A stretch of 64,000 bases of DNA from the IMG/VR virus record IMGVR_UViG_3300023179_000084; one strand, given 5' to 3'. The position numbers were made by a program, and so were the translations under genes. The notes under the pieces were generated by a model. That model saw only the letters and a program-made list of their open reading frames with translations, was not told where the DNA came from and made no database searches. This stretch comes from an uncultured virus (IMG/VR IMGVR_UViG_3300023179_000084) (Duplodnaviria > Heunggongvirae > Uroviricota > Caudoviricetes). Within the stretch, counting starts at the first letter, position 1, and the number at the start of each line of letters is the position of its first letter. Positions 11,995 through 22,682 of the stretch are shown here, piece after piece.

Positions 11995-14900
11995 ATGGTA
12001 GCACGAACATGGATAGGACCAAATGGTGGTGCTTGGAATACTGCTAGTAATTGGAACCCTACTAACGCCCCAAATAGTACTGATGAGGTAACTATTAGTG
12101 GATTTACTGGAACTATTATTGTTTATCGTGGTTTTGCGCGTCATATAACTATACAAGGAAGCTCCAATGTTACTTTTGAACAATCTTCAACGTGGCTAGA
12201 GATTACTGGAGACTTATTAGTTAGTACCGGTAGTACTTTAAATACAGACTTTGGTATAAGATTTACGGGAAGTGGACTGGTGAGTAACTGGACGCCTGGT
12301 AGTGGTACTTATAAGAATATTGACATAACTAAAGGTCCTAACAGTAGCCTTGATATTAGGGGTCCCGCAAATATTACAGGTCAATTTATATATGTAACTG
12401 GTACTATTAATCAATATGATAATATATCTATTGCTTATGTTAATAATATCGGTACAAGTGCTAGAACCTGGAATATGAATGGTAAGAATGTTAATGTTAC
12501 TGGTCTTCCTACAAGTGCTGGTAACACTAACTACAATCAAAATAATGGTACTTGTACTTTTGGTGGCACTAGAGGTTATTTTATTATGGCTGATGGAACT
12601 CAAGCACTTTGTGCTCAGCGAGCAAGTCAGGCCCCTAGTATATCTATTCCAACAGATGCTAACGTAGTTGTTCGTGGACATGTATGGGATTTAGAAGTAA
12701 AGGGAAACGTACTGGGAGTTGACACTACAACTTATACTATTACATTATGGAATAATTTTAGTGATAATGCTACATCAACTAGTACTATAGCTGCTACTAA
12801 AACTAACCTTATTTTGGTTCGTAGTAGTCCTGGTACATACACCTACAACTCATATTATAAATGGAAGACAATATTATTTGGACAACCAGGTGGTACAAAT
12901 GTAACTTGGAATATAACCAGATCGAGGGCTAATAGTATTACTTGTAGTGGTACTGAATTTACTTATAACCTTAGTGACTGCACTTTTTCTACTAATGATA
13001 CTAGTGGCTTACTAAATTTTAATTGTAGTTCTTCAACTATTAATCTTAATGATATATATAGTAGTCAAGGTACTAATACTCAGTTACAGTTTAGTGGATC
13101 AAATAATACTATTACTCTTGGAAATACTAATAATAATTCTACTCAAGTAATAAATGGTTCAATGTCATTTAGTGGTTCATCAAATACCTTAAATATTATA
13201 AATAATTTTAGTTGTAGAAGTATTACACATACTGCAGGTACTATTACTATTGCATCAGATAAAACAGTAAAAACAGGTTTATTTTCTCGTAGTGAAAAAA
13301 ACTCTGCTGGTTTAGTTTTAAATGGTAATTTAGAAATTATTTATAGTACAGATCAAAGTACTGTTAAATTTAATCTTCCAGATACTACAAATTATACAAT
13401 AAGTGGAGATGGTTGGGTAATATATCGCGCAAAAGGTCATTTTATTTATGGTGGACTAGATAATAGTGCTATAAATTTTACAACAGGTGCAAATACTTTT
13501 AATATAAAAATATTACAAAATTTAGATCAATCAAATGAGCAGCTGGGTGTATTAATAGTGGCAGCTGCAAAAAGTTTTACAAATCATGAAGGTACTTTCG
13601 ATCAAATGGGTCGTTGGGGAAATGTAGATCCAATAACTGTCTATATATTTAAAGACTTTAGTGTTTATGCGCCACCAAATGATGATGGTACTTATCGCAA
13701 CAAAGTTGGTTTACTTAATCCAATTTTTGCAGGTACAGATTCAAATAAAATACATAATTTTGGAACTATAGGTATAAATCCTGGATATAATGGAATGGAA
13801 CCAACTTTTAGTGGTATACGTATGGCTAGTTCTGGTACTTTAAAATGTTTGAACAATGTTAATTGTAATGGCTTACCTTTTAAACATAGTTCAGGCACAC
13901 TAGAATTAACTAGTAGTAATATTACTTGTAGTACTATATGGTTTGGATCAGATGGAATTAACAATAGTTTAGATACTGGAACAAGAACTTGGATATTTCC
14001 TGCTGCAAATACTCACATAATTTGTACAGATTTTTCACATCCAACAACAACTGGTTTAATATGTTCTGGAGATTACTATGATTCATCAGACCCTACACAA
14101 ATAAGTGGAATATATATTAATAATTCTAATGCTACAACTATTCTATCTGGTAATACTGCAAATACAAGTACACCACCTAATTTTATACTATCAAATTTAG
14201 CTACTAAATTAAATACTAGTTTTTATTGTAATAGTATACGACTTTATTCTGATAATGTAAATAGTAATTCTAATATATATGTAGATAATATGTGGGCACC
14301 TACTAATCAAAGTGAATCAAATATTGCTTGGCAAAATAATATAAATGTTTATATGACAGGTATAAAAAATGGGTATATAGATACTACTGGTAATGTTAGT
14401 TCTTGCCCCATTACTATAGTAGATCCAGGAGTAGGAAACACTAAAACTGTTTATACAAGTACTAAAATTTCTCAAACTACACGAATAGGTACAATAACTG
14501 TAAATAATAGAACTATTCTTAATGGTAATCCGATTCCTAATAGTTCTACTGCTAATAATGTAGTTATAGGTGGTTTGTTAAATTTATTAGGCTCATTAGT
14601 AATTAAATCTGGCCAAGGATGGGATTTTACCGGAAGTGGAACAGTTTTTTCAGCAGCTAGTGCTCAAAATATTACAGATAATGGAGGTATTTTTTATTTT
14701 TCAAATCCTGCAGCTACTCAAGCCATATTTCCAACAACTACTATAAATAATATTACTAGAAATACTACAAGTACCAATACTTTAACAATTACTAGTAATA
14801 ATACTACTATAGGTACTATTGCTAATCATATTAATGGTGGCGGTAGTTTTGCATTTATTGATGGTGGTCTTGGCGCACCAAAATTTAATGTTTTTAATAT

Positions 14901-15117
14901 TAATGGTACACCAAATGCAATATCATTGATTACTGGTCCAGTTATTAGTAGTGGAGCAATATTTTTAGTTGAGTATGCTACAGTAACTAATAGTACTGCA
15001 AATCTTAGTGGTAAATGGCTTGGTGGTAATGGTACTACTGATGGAGGAGGTAATATAAATTGGTTATTTGGTCAAGGTATTAACAATAATGATAATTTCT
15101 TTTTATTAATATTTTAG
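11995..15117 (+). CDS. Large Asn/Thr/Gly-rich beta-solenoid adhesin-like protein
   Basis: 1040 aa; RTWIG...WNTASNW...AP N-terminal motif; composition. Confidence 0.6.
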   Translation: MVARTWIGPNGGAWNTASNWNPTNAPNSTDEVTISGFTGTIIVYRGFARHITIQGSSNVTFEQSSTWLEITGDLLVSTGSTLNTDFGIRFTGSGLVSNWTPGSGTYKNIDITKGPNSSLDIRGPANITGQFIYVTGTINQYDNISIAYVNNIGTSARTWNMNGKNVNVTGLPTSAGNTNYNQNNGTCTFGGTRGYFIMADGTQALCAQRASQAPSISIPTDANVVVRGHVWDLEVKGNVLGVDTTTYTITLWNNFSDNATSTSTIAATKTNLILVRSSPGTYTYNSYYKWKTILFGQPGGTNVTWNITRSRANSITCSGTEFTYNLSDCTFSTNDTSGLLNFNCSSSTINLNDIYSSQGTNTQLQFSGSNNTITLGNTNNNSTQVINGSMSFSGSSNTLNIINNFSCRSITHTAGTITIASDKTVKTGLFSRSEKNSAGLVLNGNLEIIYSTDQSTVKFNLPDTTNYTISGDGWVIYRAKGHFIYGGLDNSAINFTTGANTFNIKILQNLDQSNEQLGVLIVAAAKSFTNHEGTFDQMGRWGNVDPITVYIFKDFSVYAPPNDDGTYRNKVGLLNPIFAGTDSNKIHNFGTIGINPGYNGMEPTFSGIRMASSGTLKCLNNVNCNGLPFKHSSGTLELTSSNITCSTIWFGSDGINNSLDTGTRTWIFPAANTHIICTDFSHPTTTGLICSGDYYDSSDPTQISGIYINNSNATTILSGNTANTSTPPNFILSNLATKLNTSFYCNSIRLYSDNVNSNSNIYVDNMWAPTNQSESNIAWQNNINVYMTGIKNGYIDTTGNVSSCPITIVDPGVGNTKTVYTSTKISQTTRIGTITVNNRTILNGNPIPNSSTANNVVIGGLLNLLGSLVIKSGQGWDFTGSGTVFSAASAQNITDNGGIFYFSNPAATQAIFPTTTINNITRNTTSTNTLTITSNNTTIGTIANHINGGGSFAFIDGGLGAPKFNVFNINGTPNAISLITGPVISSGAIFLVEYATVTNSTANLSGKWLGGNGTTDGGGNINWLFGQGINNNDNFFLLIF

Positions 15118-15129
15118 TAATGGTATATA

Positions 15130-15300
15130 ATGGTAACTTTAAGTTATAATTGGCAAAGAATATCAATAATAGATTCGCAAACTAATGATCATAATCTCGG
15201 ACTACGACATATAATTAAAAAATTATGGTTTGTTAAAGAAGGTATTGATAGTAGTAATAATAAGAATACTATACGACAAATGGCGTTATCTAATAAATAA
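15130..15300 (+). pseudogene. Small ORF (56 aa) whose 3' end is replaced by the duplicated segment
   Basis: MVTLSYNWQRI...; from 15281 it is identical to the 10546 repeat apart from the few mismatches. Confidence 0.4.
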
Positions 15301-15310
15301 AGAGAATTAT

Positions 15311-16033
15311 ATGCCGTTACAAATACAATTAAGAAGAGGTACTTCTGCTCAATGGAATTCAGTTAATCCTATTCTTGCACAAGCAGAAGTAGCCATAGAA
15401 ACAGATACTAATAAATTTAAAATAGGAAATGGTACTACAAACTGGATAAATCTACCATATGGTGGTTTACAAGGTACTCAAGGTATTCAAGGTATTACAG
15501 GTAGCGGAATTCAAGGTATTCAAGGTACTATAGGGGCTTCAATACAGGGCACACAAGGTACTACAGGTAGCGGAACTCAAGGTATTCAAGGTACTCAAGG
15601 TATTCAAGGTACTATAGGGGCTTCAATACAGGGCACACAAGGTACTACAGGTAGCGGAACTCAAGGCATTCAAGGCATTCAAGGCATTAATGCAGGTCAA
15701 TTATTACAAAATTCTCAAAGTGCTAGCTATACTGTAGAACTAGCAGATGCCGGAAAACATATATTTCATCCTGGCACAGATACAACAGCTAGAACTTGGA
15801 TTATACCCCAAACTGGCACAGGTGTAGGACAAGTAAATTGGCCTCTAGGAACTATTCTTACCTTTGTCAATCAACACGGGGCAGGAGCTATATCAATACA
15901 AATAACTAATGATACTATGCGACTAGCAGTAACAGGAGAAACTGGTACCAGAACTTTAGCAGCTAATGGTATAGCTAGTTGTATAAAAATTACTTCTACT
16001 GAGTGGTTAATAAGTGGAGTGGGTATATCTTAA
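15311..16033 (+). CDS. Fibre protein with Mtd-N-like anchor, short collagen stretch and C-terminal domain
   Basis: ATG at 15311 aligns with 10576; same N-terminal domain. Confidence 0.8.
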   Translation: MPLQIQLRRGTSAQWNSVNPILAQAEVAIETDTNKFKIGNGTTNWINLPYGGLQGTQGIQGITGSGIQGIQGTIGASIQGTQGTTGSGTQGIQGTQGIQGTIGASIQGTQGTTGSGTQGIQGIQGINAGQLLQNSQSASYTVELADAGKHIFHPGTDTTARTWIIPQTGTGVGQVNWPLGTILTFVNQHGAGAISIQITNDTMRLAVTGETGTRTLAANGIASCIKITSTEWLISGVGIS

Positions 16034-16045
16034 TGAGAGTAAACT

Positions 16046-17506
16046 ATGTCAATATTAAATCAAAGTTTATTAAGCAGTTATGCAAGAGTTCCTAATGCGC
16101 CAACCGCAGTATCGGCTTCTGCTATTGATTCAAGTTCTGCATCTATTAGTTTTACAGCTCCCACTAATAATGGTGGAAGAGTAATTACTAGCTATACTGC
16201 TGTTAGTAGTCCTGGAAACATAACTGCTACTATTTCTCAAGCAGGTAGTGGTTCTATAACAGTTACAGGATTAACAGGAAATACTACTTATACGTTTATT
16301 GTGTATGCAAGTAATGCTGTAGGAAATTCAATTAATAGTAGTAGTAGTAATCCTGTTACTATCAAACCTCAAGTTGTAACATATAACGCTTGGGCTGCTG
16401 CAATTGGTGGAGGTGGGGGTGGTGCTGCAGCTACGGAAATGGCTGGTGCTGGTGGAGGTGGTGGAGGAGTAAATACTTGTCAGTTTACTACAACTCCTGG
16501 AACACAATTTAGTATATCAATTGGTGCTGGAGGCAATGCAGGCCAAGGAAATATGTGGAATGCTTGGTATGGCCCTGAACTTGGTATTGACGCTGGCCCT
16601 GGTAGTAGTAGTGGTATATATGAAGTAAGTCCTCAACCTACAAGTATATCTATATCAGCTGATGGCGGTGGTATGGCTGGAGGTAAATATCGTTACGGAA
16701 GTGGTTATTGTTCTGCACTTAATACAACTAGCTTCTCTCTAGGAGGAAATGGTGGTGCTTCAGGAGGAGGCGGCGGATCTAGTAGATGTATAAATGCACC
16801 ATATCAATGTCAACCTATGGGCACTGCAGCAGCAGGAAATGGTGGTGGTATAGCAGGTAATGGTAACCGTACTAGCGGAGGAGGTGCTGGTGGCGGTGGC
16901 GGTGGTGCTGGAGGACCGGGCGAAATAGGATACTCATATAGTAGTATTACAGCTCCTATAGCTTGTAGATCTAATAATGGTGGTGGTAATGGTGGAGCAG
17001 GATGTAGTTTAACTGAACCCTATTCAGGTTATTATTACGGAAACGGATATGGTGGCGGTGGCGGTGGCGGTTTCATGATACAAGCACCTACATCAGCTGA
17101 TAGAACTAATAAAGGCAGATCTTTAGGTGGTGGTAATGGTGGAGGTGCTGGTGGTTATGCTGTGCATTGTTATTTCCCTCTACAGATTACGCTTGTTTCA
17201 AACACTGCTGGTAATGGGGTTGCTACAATGGGTGGTGGTGGTGGTGGTGGAGTTTCCGCAGCCTATCCTAGTCCTTATCCGGGTGTAGGTCTTCAACATG
17301 GTTATATTGGTAGTACCGAAGGACCTGTAGCTTATTGTTATGGTAGAAGATCTGGTAATGGGGGAAGCGGAACAGTATTCTTTAGCTATCCTTCTGAAAT
17401 GCCCGATTTAAGTTATGTTGCTCCTACTTTAGGCTATTGGTATCAATGTTATGGTGGAAGAAAAATATATCAATTTTGTAGTGGAACAGGTTCTATAACA
17501 ATTTAA
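16046..17506 (+). CDS. Fibronectin type III plus glycine-rich fibre tip protein
   Basis: PNAPT...FTAPTNNGG...GLTGNTTYTFIVYASNAVG Fn3 motif; Gly-rich C-terminal part. Confidence 0.75.
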   Translation: MSILNQSLLSSYARVPNAPTAVSASAIDSSSASISFTAPTNNGGRVITSYTAVSSPGNITATISQAGSGSITVTGLTGNTTYTFIVYASNAVGNSINSSSSNPVTIKPQVVTYNAWAAAIGGGGGGAAATEMAGAGGGGGGVNTCQFTTTPGTQFSISIGAGGNAGQGNMWNAWYGPELGIDAGPGSSSGIYEVSPQPTSISISADGGGMAGGKYRYGSGYCSALNTTSFSLGGNGGASGGGGGSSRCINAPYQCQPMGTAAAGNGGGIAGNGNRTSGGGAGGGGGGAGGPGEIGYSYSSITAPIACRSNNGGGNGGAGCSLTEPYSGYYYGNGYGGGGGGGFMIQAPTSADRTNKGRSLGGGNGGGAGGYAVHCYFPLQITLVSNTAGNGVATMGGGGGGGVSAAYPSPYPGVGLQHGYIGSTEGPVAYCYGRRSGNGGSGTVFFSYPSEMPDLSYVAPTLGYWYQCYGGRKIYQFCSGTGSITI

Positions 17507-17525
17507 TTATTAGTAAAATAAATAT

Positions 17526-17906
17526 ATGGCACATTATGCTTTTTTAAATGAAAATAATGTAGTAGTAGAAGTAATTAAAGGTAAAGATGAAGATGGAACT
17601 GACTGGGAAGAGGCATATTCTCAGGTCCGTGGTTTAAGATGTAAAAGAACCAGTTATAATACATGTCTAGGAAGCCATTTAACCGGTGGTATACCTTTTA
17701 GATATACTTTTGCTGGTATAGGTTGTGTATATATAGATGAATTAGATGAATTTATTCCTCCTAAGCCTTTCAATAGTTGGATTCTTGATATAAACAATAA
17801 ATCATGGAAAGCTCCTATAGACTATCCATCTGATGGAAAGAACTATGATTGGAATGAAGAAAATTTAACATGGATAGAAAATTTAGATGATTCCTCAACA
17901 CAATGA
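17526..17906 (+). CDS. MAHYA-family fibre accessory/chaperone protein
   Basis: Paralog of 5613..6005. Confidence 0.7.
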   Translation: MAHYAFLNENNVVVEVIKGKDEDGTDWEEAYSQVRGLRCKRTSYNTCLGSHLTGGIPFRYTFAGIGCVYIDELDEFIPPKPFNSWILDINNKSWKAPIDYPSDGKNYDWNEENLTWIENLDDSSTQ

Positions 17907-18462
17907 CAAATATGATTTACGCAACTATGTTTATAAAATAGATAATTTTATAGATCAGCCTACATGTAAACAATTAATTAAAAAAATTAGTAAATTAGAG
18001 TGGAAATCACATGGTTATTGGGATGAAAAAAATAATACTGTTCATACATATGATAATGAATTAAGCGTATTACAGACTGATATTCCTGAAGTAAAACAAT
18101 TAAATAGTAAAATAAAGTATGCAATAGAAGAATACATAAGTAAGTTTACTACTTTATTTTGGAGTTATAATGCTTATTCTTATATAAGACTTAACAGATA
18201 TAATAAAAATACTTATATGAGAACTCATTGTGATCATATATATTCATTATTTGATGGTACAAAAAAAGGAGTACCTGTGTTAAGCATTCTTGGTGCACTT
18301 AATAGTAATTATACAGGCGGGGATTTTATTATGTTTGAACAAGATGTAATAAAACTAGATCCTGGAAATTTATTAATCTTTCCAAGCAGTTTTTTATTTC
18401 CACATGAAGTTACTCCTGTTTTGTCTGGTACAAGATATACTTATATAAGTTGGTGTTGGTAA
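17887..18462 (+). CDS. 2OG-Fe(II) oxygenase (prolyl-4-hydroxylase-like)
   Basis: HCD...YTGGDF...FPHEVTPVLSGTRY: HxD/H/R motif. Confidence 0.85.
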   Translation: MIPQHNDKYDLRNYVYKIDNFIDQPTCKQLIKKISKLEWKSHGYWDEKNNTVHTYDNELSVLQTDIPEVKQLNSKIKYAIEEYISKFTTLFWSYNAYSYIRLNRYNKNTYMRTHCDHIYSLFDGTKKGVPVLSILGALNSNYTGGDFIMFEQDVIKLDPGNLLIFPSSFLFPHEVTPVLSGTRYTYISWCW

Positions 18463-19071
18463 ATGTCTATAACTATTAAAGCAATATTTCCAAAAGCTGT
18501 TGGCTTCAAAAGTTTTGAAGCAGGATTTACAGCAAAACAAAAAAATTTTATATTTGATCTTGAAAAACTTCCTAATGTAGGAAATAACACAAGTAGAGAT
18601 AGATATTTAACAAAACATAAAATTTTAAGTAATTTTACAGATTTTTGTTTAGACAGTATAAATTCTTACTTTTATGAAGTATATAAGCCAAAATATGATG
18701 TAAAGTTACGTATTACACAGATGTGGGCTAATTTTAATAATAAGAATCAATGGCATCATTCCCACGAACATCCAAATAGTTTTTTAAGTGCAGTTTATTA
18801 TATGCACTGTACAGAAAATGTTGATAAAATAATCTTTAGTAAAAAAGAATATCAACAATTACTTATACATAGTAGCAACAGTACTGAGTATAATAACAAT
18901 GATATTGAAATACCTATAAAAGAAAATTTACTAGTAATTTTTCCGTCTAGTTTAACACATCAGGTAAACAATAATCAAACAGATAAAACTAGGGTTAGTA
19001 TTAGTATGAACACTTTTCCGGTTGGAATTTTAGGTAATGGACAAGAATGTACTGAGTGTGTTTTAAAATGA
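18463..19071 (+). CDS. 2OG-Fe(II) oxygenase (TIGR02466-like)
   Basis: WANFN...HSHEHPNSFLSAVYY...FPSSLTHQV...RVSISMN. Confidence 0.85.
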   Translation: MSITIKAIFPKAVGFKSFEAGFTAKQKNFIFDLEKLPNVGNNTSRDRYLTKHKILSNFTDFCLDSINSYFYEVYKPKYDVKLRITQMWANFNNKNQWHHSHEHPNSFLSAVYYMHCTENVDKIIFSKKEYQQLLIHSSNSTEYNNNDIEIPIKENLLVIFPSSLTHQVNNNQTDKTRVSISMNTFPVGILGNGQECTECVLK

Positions 19072-19979
19072 CAAGAACTTTAATAATTGATGGTGGATTG
19101 GGAAGAGTAATTACAGCAATTCCTGCATTAGAAAAATATGTTGATAAGTATCCAGATACTATAATCTTAATACATATGTGGATTCCAATTTTATTTGGTA
19201 ATAAAAAGTTAATAAATAATGTATATGATCCTATGTCTAAAGGTATATTAAATAGAATAAAATATACTAAAATTTATAAACCAGAACCTTACTATAATAG
19301 TAATTATTTACAAGGTAAAATAAATTTAATTGATGCTTGGAATCAAGAAATAAATGGAGATACAGAAAGTTTAAACTTACCAAAAATATACTTAACTAGT
19401 TCAGAATTAACTAGTATGAAATTTATACGTAATAATTATTATAATAAAATAATTGCTTTTCAACCTTTTGGTAGTTCAGCAATTATTCAAGAAAATAATG
19501 TTATAGATAATAATTATAGGTCATTAAACATTAAAACTACTCAACATTTAGTAAAAATATTAAGAGATGAGGGATACGGTATATGGTTAATGGGAGATAA
19601 ACCAATACCTTTTTTAAGTAACGATAATTTTATTGGAGTTGGTTCTCAAAATATAAGAGAAGTAGTTGCGCTATTAGCACATTGTGATTATTTTTTAGGA
19701 ATAGATAGCAGCGGTCAACATATTGCTAGAATATTTAATATTCCTGGTTCTATTATTATGGGTGGTACTAATACTATAAATGTTACTTATCCCGATCATT
19801 TTAATATTTTAAATGATCGAAGTGATAAGACTTATATGCCATATAGAATAGCTGAATTTGATTCTTATTTAGCCGAATTAGATAATAGCGATATTATGGA
19901 ATTAAGCGATAAAGATCTTCATATAATGGGTAAAAATATTTTAAGACATATTAATAAATCTACTAAAATAAAATGTTAA
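19068..19979 (+). CDS. Glycosyltransferase, GT9 (heptosyltransferase)-like
   Basis: DGGLGRVI N-terminal motif; FLGIDSSGQHIA; ATGA overlap with upstream stop. Confidence 0.75.
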   Translation: MTRTLIIDGGLGRVITAIPALEKYVDKYPDTIILIHMWIPILFGNKKLINNVYDPMSKGILNRIKYTKIYKPEPYYNSNYLQGKINLIDAWNQEINGDTESLNLPKIYLTSSELTSMKFIRNNYYNKIIAFQPFGSSAIIQENNVIDNNYRSLNIKTTQHLVKILRDEGYGIWLMGDKPIPFLSNDNFIGVGSQNIREVVALLAHCDYFLGIDSSGQHIARIFNIPGSIIMGGTNTINVTYPDHFNILNDRSDKTYMPYRIAEFDSYLAELDNSDIMELSDKDLHIMGKNILRHINKSTKIKC

Positions 19980-20015
19980 ATAGTTAAAAGTATTTAACAT
20001 AAAGGAGTAGTTAAA

Positions 20016-20612
20016 ATGATTAGTTTAGATCTACTATTTAATTTTAAAGAAATATTGGTAGACACTCTGTCTTGGCTATTACCAGTAATTGCACTTGCAT
20101 GTATAATTTTATTTTTCTTAACAAGATTTTTACCTGGTATAATTCCTCAGGCTAAAATTATACACTATATGTGCATCCCTATTTTTTCGATTACGTTATT
20201 TTTTATGGGTGCTAATTGGAATCAAGGACGTTGGTTAGCAGAATTAAAAAATGAACAAAATAAAGTAGAACAAGCCAAACAAGAACAAGCAAAACTTAAT
20301 CAAGAATTATTAGATGAACGTAAAAAAGTAACAGAAGTACTTACAAAGAGCAGTAAAGATTTGCGCGATGCTAATGCTAAATTTATACAAGAGTTACAGA
20401 AAAAAGACGCCAGTGTTGCAGGATTATTAGGTACATTAGATCAAGTAACTCGCGAAAAGTATGCCGCACTAGACAAAAATGCACAGCTTGAATATCAAAC
20501 ACAATTACAATCAGTAATTGATTTTGAAAAACGTTGTCCAACTATACCAGAATTATATATAAATAAATTAAATGATCGTGCAAAAAATCCAAGTAAGGAT
20601 ATAAAGCGATGA
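20016..20612 (+). CDS. Putative inner-membrane spanin (Rz-like)
   Basis: N-terminal TM helices plus coiled coil, overlapping a lipoprotein gene. Confidence 0.6.
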   Translation: MISLDLLFNFKEILVDTLSWLLPVIALACIILFFLTRFLPGIIPQAKIIHYMCIPIFSITLFFMGANWNQGRWLAELKNEQNKVEQAKQEQAKLNQELLDERKKVTEVLTKSSKDLRDANAKFIQELQKKDASVAGLLGTLDQVTREKYAALDKNAQLEYQTQLQSVIDFEKRCPTIPELYINKLNDRAKNPSKDIKR

Positions 20613-20866
20613 AATATATAATAATTTTTGCATTATTATTATCCGGTTGCACAACAATTAGTGTTGGCAAACCTTGGCCTTTACAAGAAGATGCTTATTT
20701 ATTACAACCTTGTCAACAATTGTTAACTATAGAAAAACCACGTGAGAGTAGTATGAGCACTGTAGTAGATATAGTAGAAGCTAATTATGGACTATGGCAT
20801 GATTGTAAAACTAAAACCGATGCTTGGATTAAATGGTATAATACTCACTGGAAGGAGACTAAGTAA
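20609..20866 (+). CDS. Putative outer-membrane spanin lipoprotein (Rz1-like)
   Basis: Signal peptide with LSGC lipobox. Confidence 0.65.
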   Translation: MKYIIIFALLLSGCTTISVGKPWPLQEDAYLLQPCQQLLTIEKPRESSMSTVVDIVEANYGLWHDCKTKTDAWIKWYNTHWKETK

Positions 20867-21483
20867 TGGAATTAACATTAGATCAATTTAAACAAGTTAT
20901 ACCTAAAAATCAGTATGTTAATCAATGGTATAGTGCACTAGAACAATTACTACCAAAATATGAGATAAATACTACAGATCGTATAGCAGCTTTTTTAGCA
21001 CAGTGTGCACACGAGTCAGGTGGTTTTGTTTTTATTAAAGAGAATTTGAACTACAAATGGGCAAGTTTACGGAAAGTTTTTCCTAAGTACTTTTCTACAG
21101 ATGCATTGGCGCAGCAATATGAAAAGCAACCTGAATGTATTGCTAATCGTGTTTATGCTAATCGGATGGGTAATGGTCCTGAGGAATCCGGCGATGGTTG
21201 GCGTTTTTGTGGACGTGGTCTTATACAACTAACTGGTCGTGATAACTATACTAAATTTGGTAATAGCTTAGGTATAACAGCAGAAGAAGCTTCACAATTT
21301 ATGGAAACTTTTGAAGGTGCTACAGAAAGTGCTTGCTGGTTTTGGCAAATAAATAATCTAAATAAGTGGGCTGATTGTGGTGATATACTTACACTTACAA
21401 AACGTATAAATGGTGGTACAAATGGCTTAGAGGATAGATCTAATCACTATACACACATAATTAATATATTACAAGGTTATTAA
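20866..21483 (+). CDS. Endolysin, glycoside hydrolase family 19
   Basis: AFLAQCAHES, GRGLIQLTGRDNY, TKRINGGTNGLEDR. Confidence 0.9.
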   Translation: MELTLDQFKQVIPKNQYVNQWYSALEQLLPKYEINTTDRIAAFLAQCAHESGGFVFIKENLNYKWASLRKVFPKYFSTDALAQQYEKQPECIANRVYANRMGNGPEESGDGWRFCGRGLIQLTGRDNYTKFGNSLGITAEEASQFMETFEGATESACWFWQINNLNKWADCGDILTLTKRINGGTNGLEDRSNHYTHIINILQGY

Positions 21484-21484
21484 T

Positions 21485-21757
21485 ATGAGTTTTCTAAAAA
21501 GCATGCTACAAGATGGTGAAAATAATAGCTGGAGTAGTAAAAGAATTATTACACTTATTGCTTTTTTACTATGTGCATTAGCTTTTTGTTGTAATTTATT
21601 TTTTAAATATACTGTTGAAGAGTATATGTTTCAAGGAATGATGATGGTTGTTGTAGCTGGTTTAGGTGTTACTGTAACAGAAAAATTTGCTACTAGAAAC
21701 TATTCTAAAACTAGTAGTGTTACGCCACTGCCTAAACAATTTGATCGTGAATTATAA
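21485..21757 (+). CDS. Putative holin
   Basis: Two TM segments, directly after the endolysin. Confidence 0.55.
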   Translation: MSFLKSMLQDGENNSWSSKRIITLIAFLLCALAFCCNLFFKYTVEEYMFQGMMMVVVAGLGVTVTEKFATRNYSKTSSVTPLPKQFDREL

Positions 21758-21819
21758 TCTAGCAAGGATAAAATTATTAAGTGTAGTAGTAAAATTTTAT
21801 TAACCTAGTAAGGATTAAT

Positions 21820-22491
21820 ATGGGCAAAAGCAGCGCTAAAAAAGAACGCAGTATAATACCCGTAGAATTTAATTTTAAGGAAATAACACCACTAAATTAT
21901 ATTCAAGAAACATATTTACGTGCTATATGTGAAAATAATATAATTTTTGGCATAGGCAGTGCAGGAACTGGTAAAACTTATATTGCAGCTACTTATGCTG
22001 CTCGTGAATTATTTTATCGACGCATAAATAAAATTATACTTACTAGACCTAACATAGAAACCGGTCGTGGTCTAGGATTTTTACCCGGCACACTAGATGA
22101 AAAATATGCGCCTTATCTAGAACCTTTTAATGATATTTTTACTCGTAGTTTAGGTACCGGATTCTATCAATATGCACTTAATAAAGGAGATATAGAACCT
22201 AAGCCATTGGGATTTATGCGCGGAGTTACTTTTGATGATTGCATAGTACTACTAGACGAAGCACAAAACGCTACTCGTGATGAAATGAAAATGATCTTGA
22301 GTCGCATTGGTAAAAACTGTAAAATAATAGTTAGTGGTGATCATGATCAAAGTGATATTACTAATAGTGGACTAGAAGATGCTGCTAAAAGACTGGAACA
22401 TATTCAAGGTATTGAAGTAGTAAGATTTATGGATCAAGATATTGTTCGTAGTAAATTGTGTAAAGATATTATAATGGCTTATAGGAACTAG
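21820..22491 (+). CDS. phoH: PhoH-like ATPase
   Basis: GSAGTGKT, LGFLPG, FMRG.TF, DEAQN, GDHDQSD. Confidence 0.95.
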   Translation: MGKSSAKKERSIIPVEFNFKEITPLNYIQETYLRAICENNIIFGIGSAGTGKTYIAATYAARELFYRRINKIILTRPNIETGRGLGFLPGTLDEKYAPYLEPFNDIFTRSLGTGFYQYALNKGDIEPKPLGFMRGVTFDDCIVLLDEAQNATRDEMKMILSRIGKNCKIIVSGDHDQSDITNSGLEDAAKRLEHIQGIEVVRFMDQDIVRSKLCKDIIMAYRN

Positions 22492-22496
22492 TAATT

Positions 22497-22682
22497 ATGG
22501 AAACAGTTACAGAAGCAGTAAGTAAATTGTGGTTTTTAGGAGCTGGCTTAGTTGCCATAGCTGCTTATGCAGTTACAATTAAAGTAAGATTAGATTATCT
22601 AGAAAAAAATTATGACAAACAAATTACTGCTCTCTGGGATCAAGTAAATAGATTACTTAAAGATGCAAAACATGGAAACTAA
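22497..22682 (+). CDS. Small membrane protein
   Basis: One TM segment plus coiled coil. Confidence 0.55.
   Translation: METVTEAVSKLWFLGAGLVAIAAYAVTIKVRLDYLEKNYDKQITALWDQVNRLLKDAKHGN

Noticed and set aside
10098..15487. Diversity-generating retroelement (Mtd-like genes plus near-identical repeats)
   Set aside because: No reverse transcriptase in the window; the repeats lie in N-terminal or internal domains and the mismatches are not adenine-specific.
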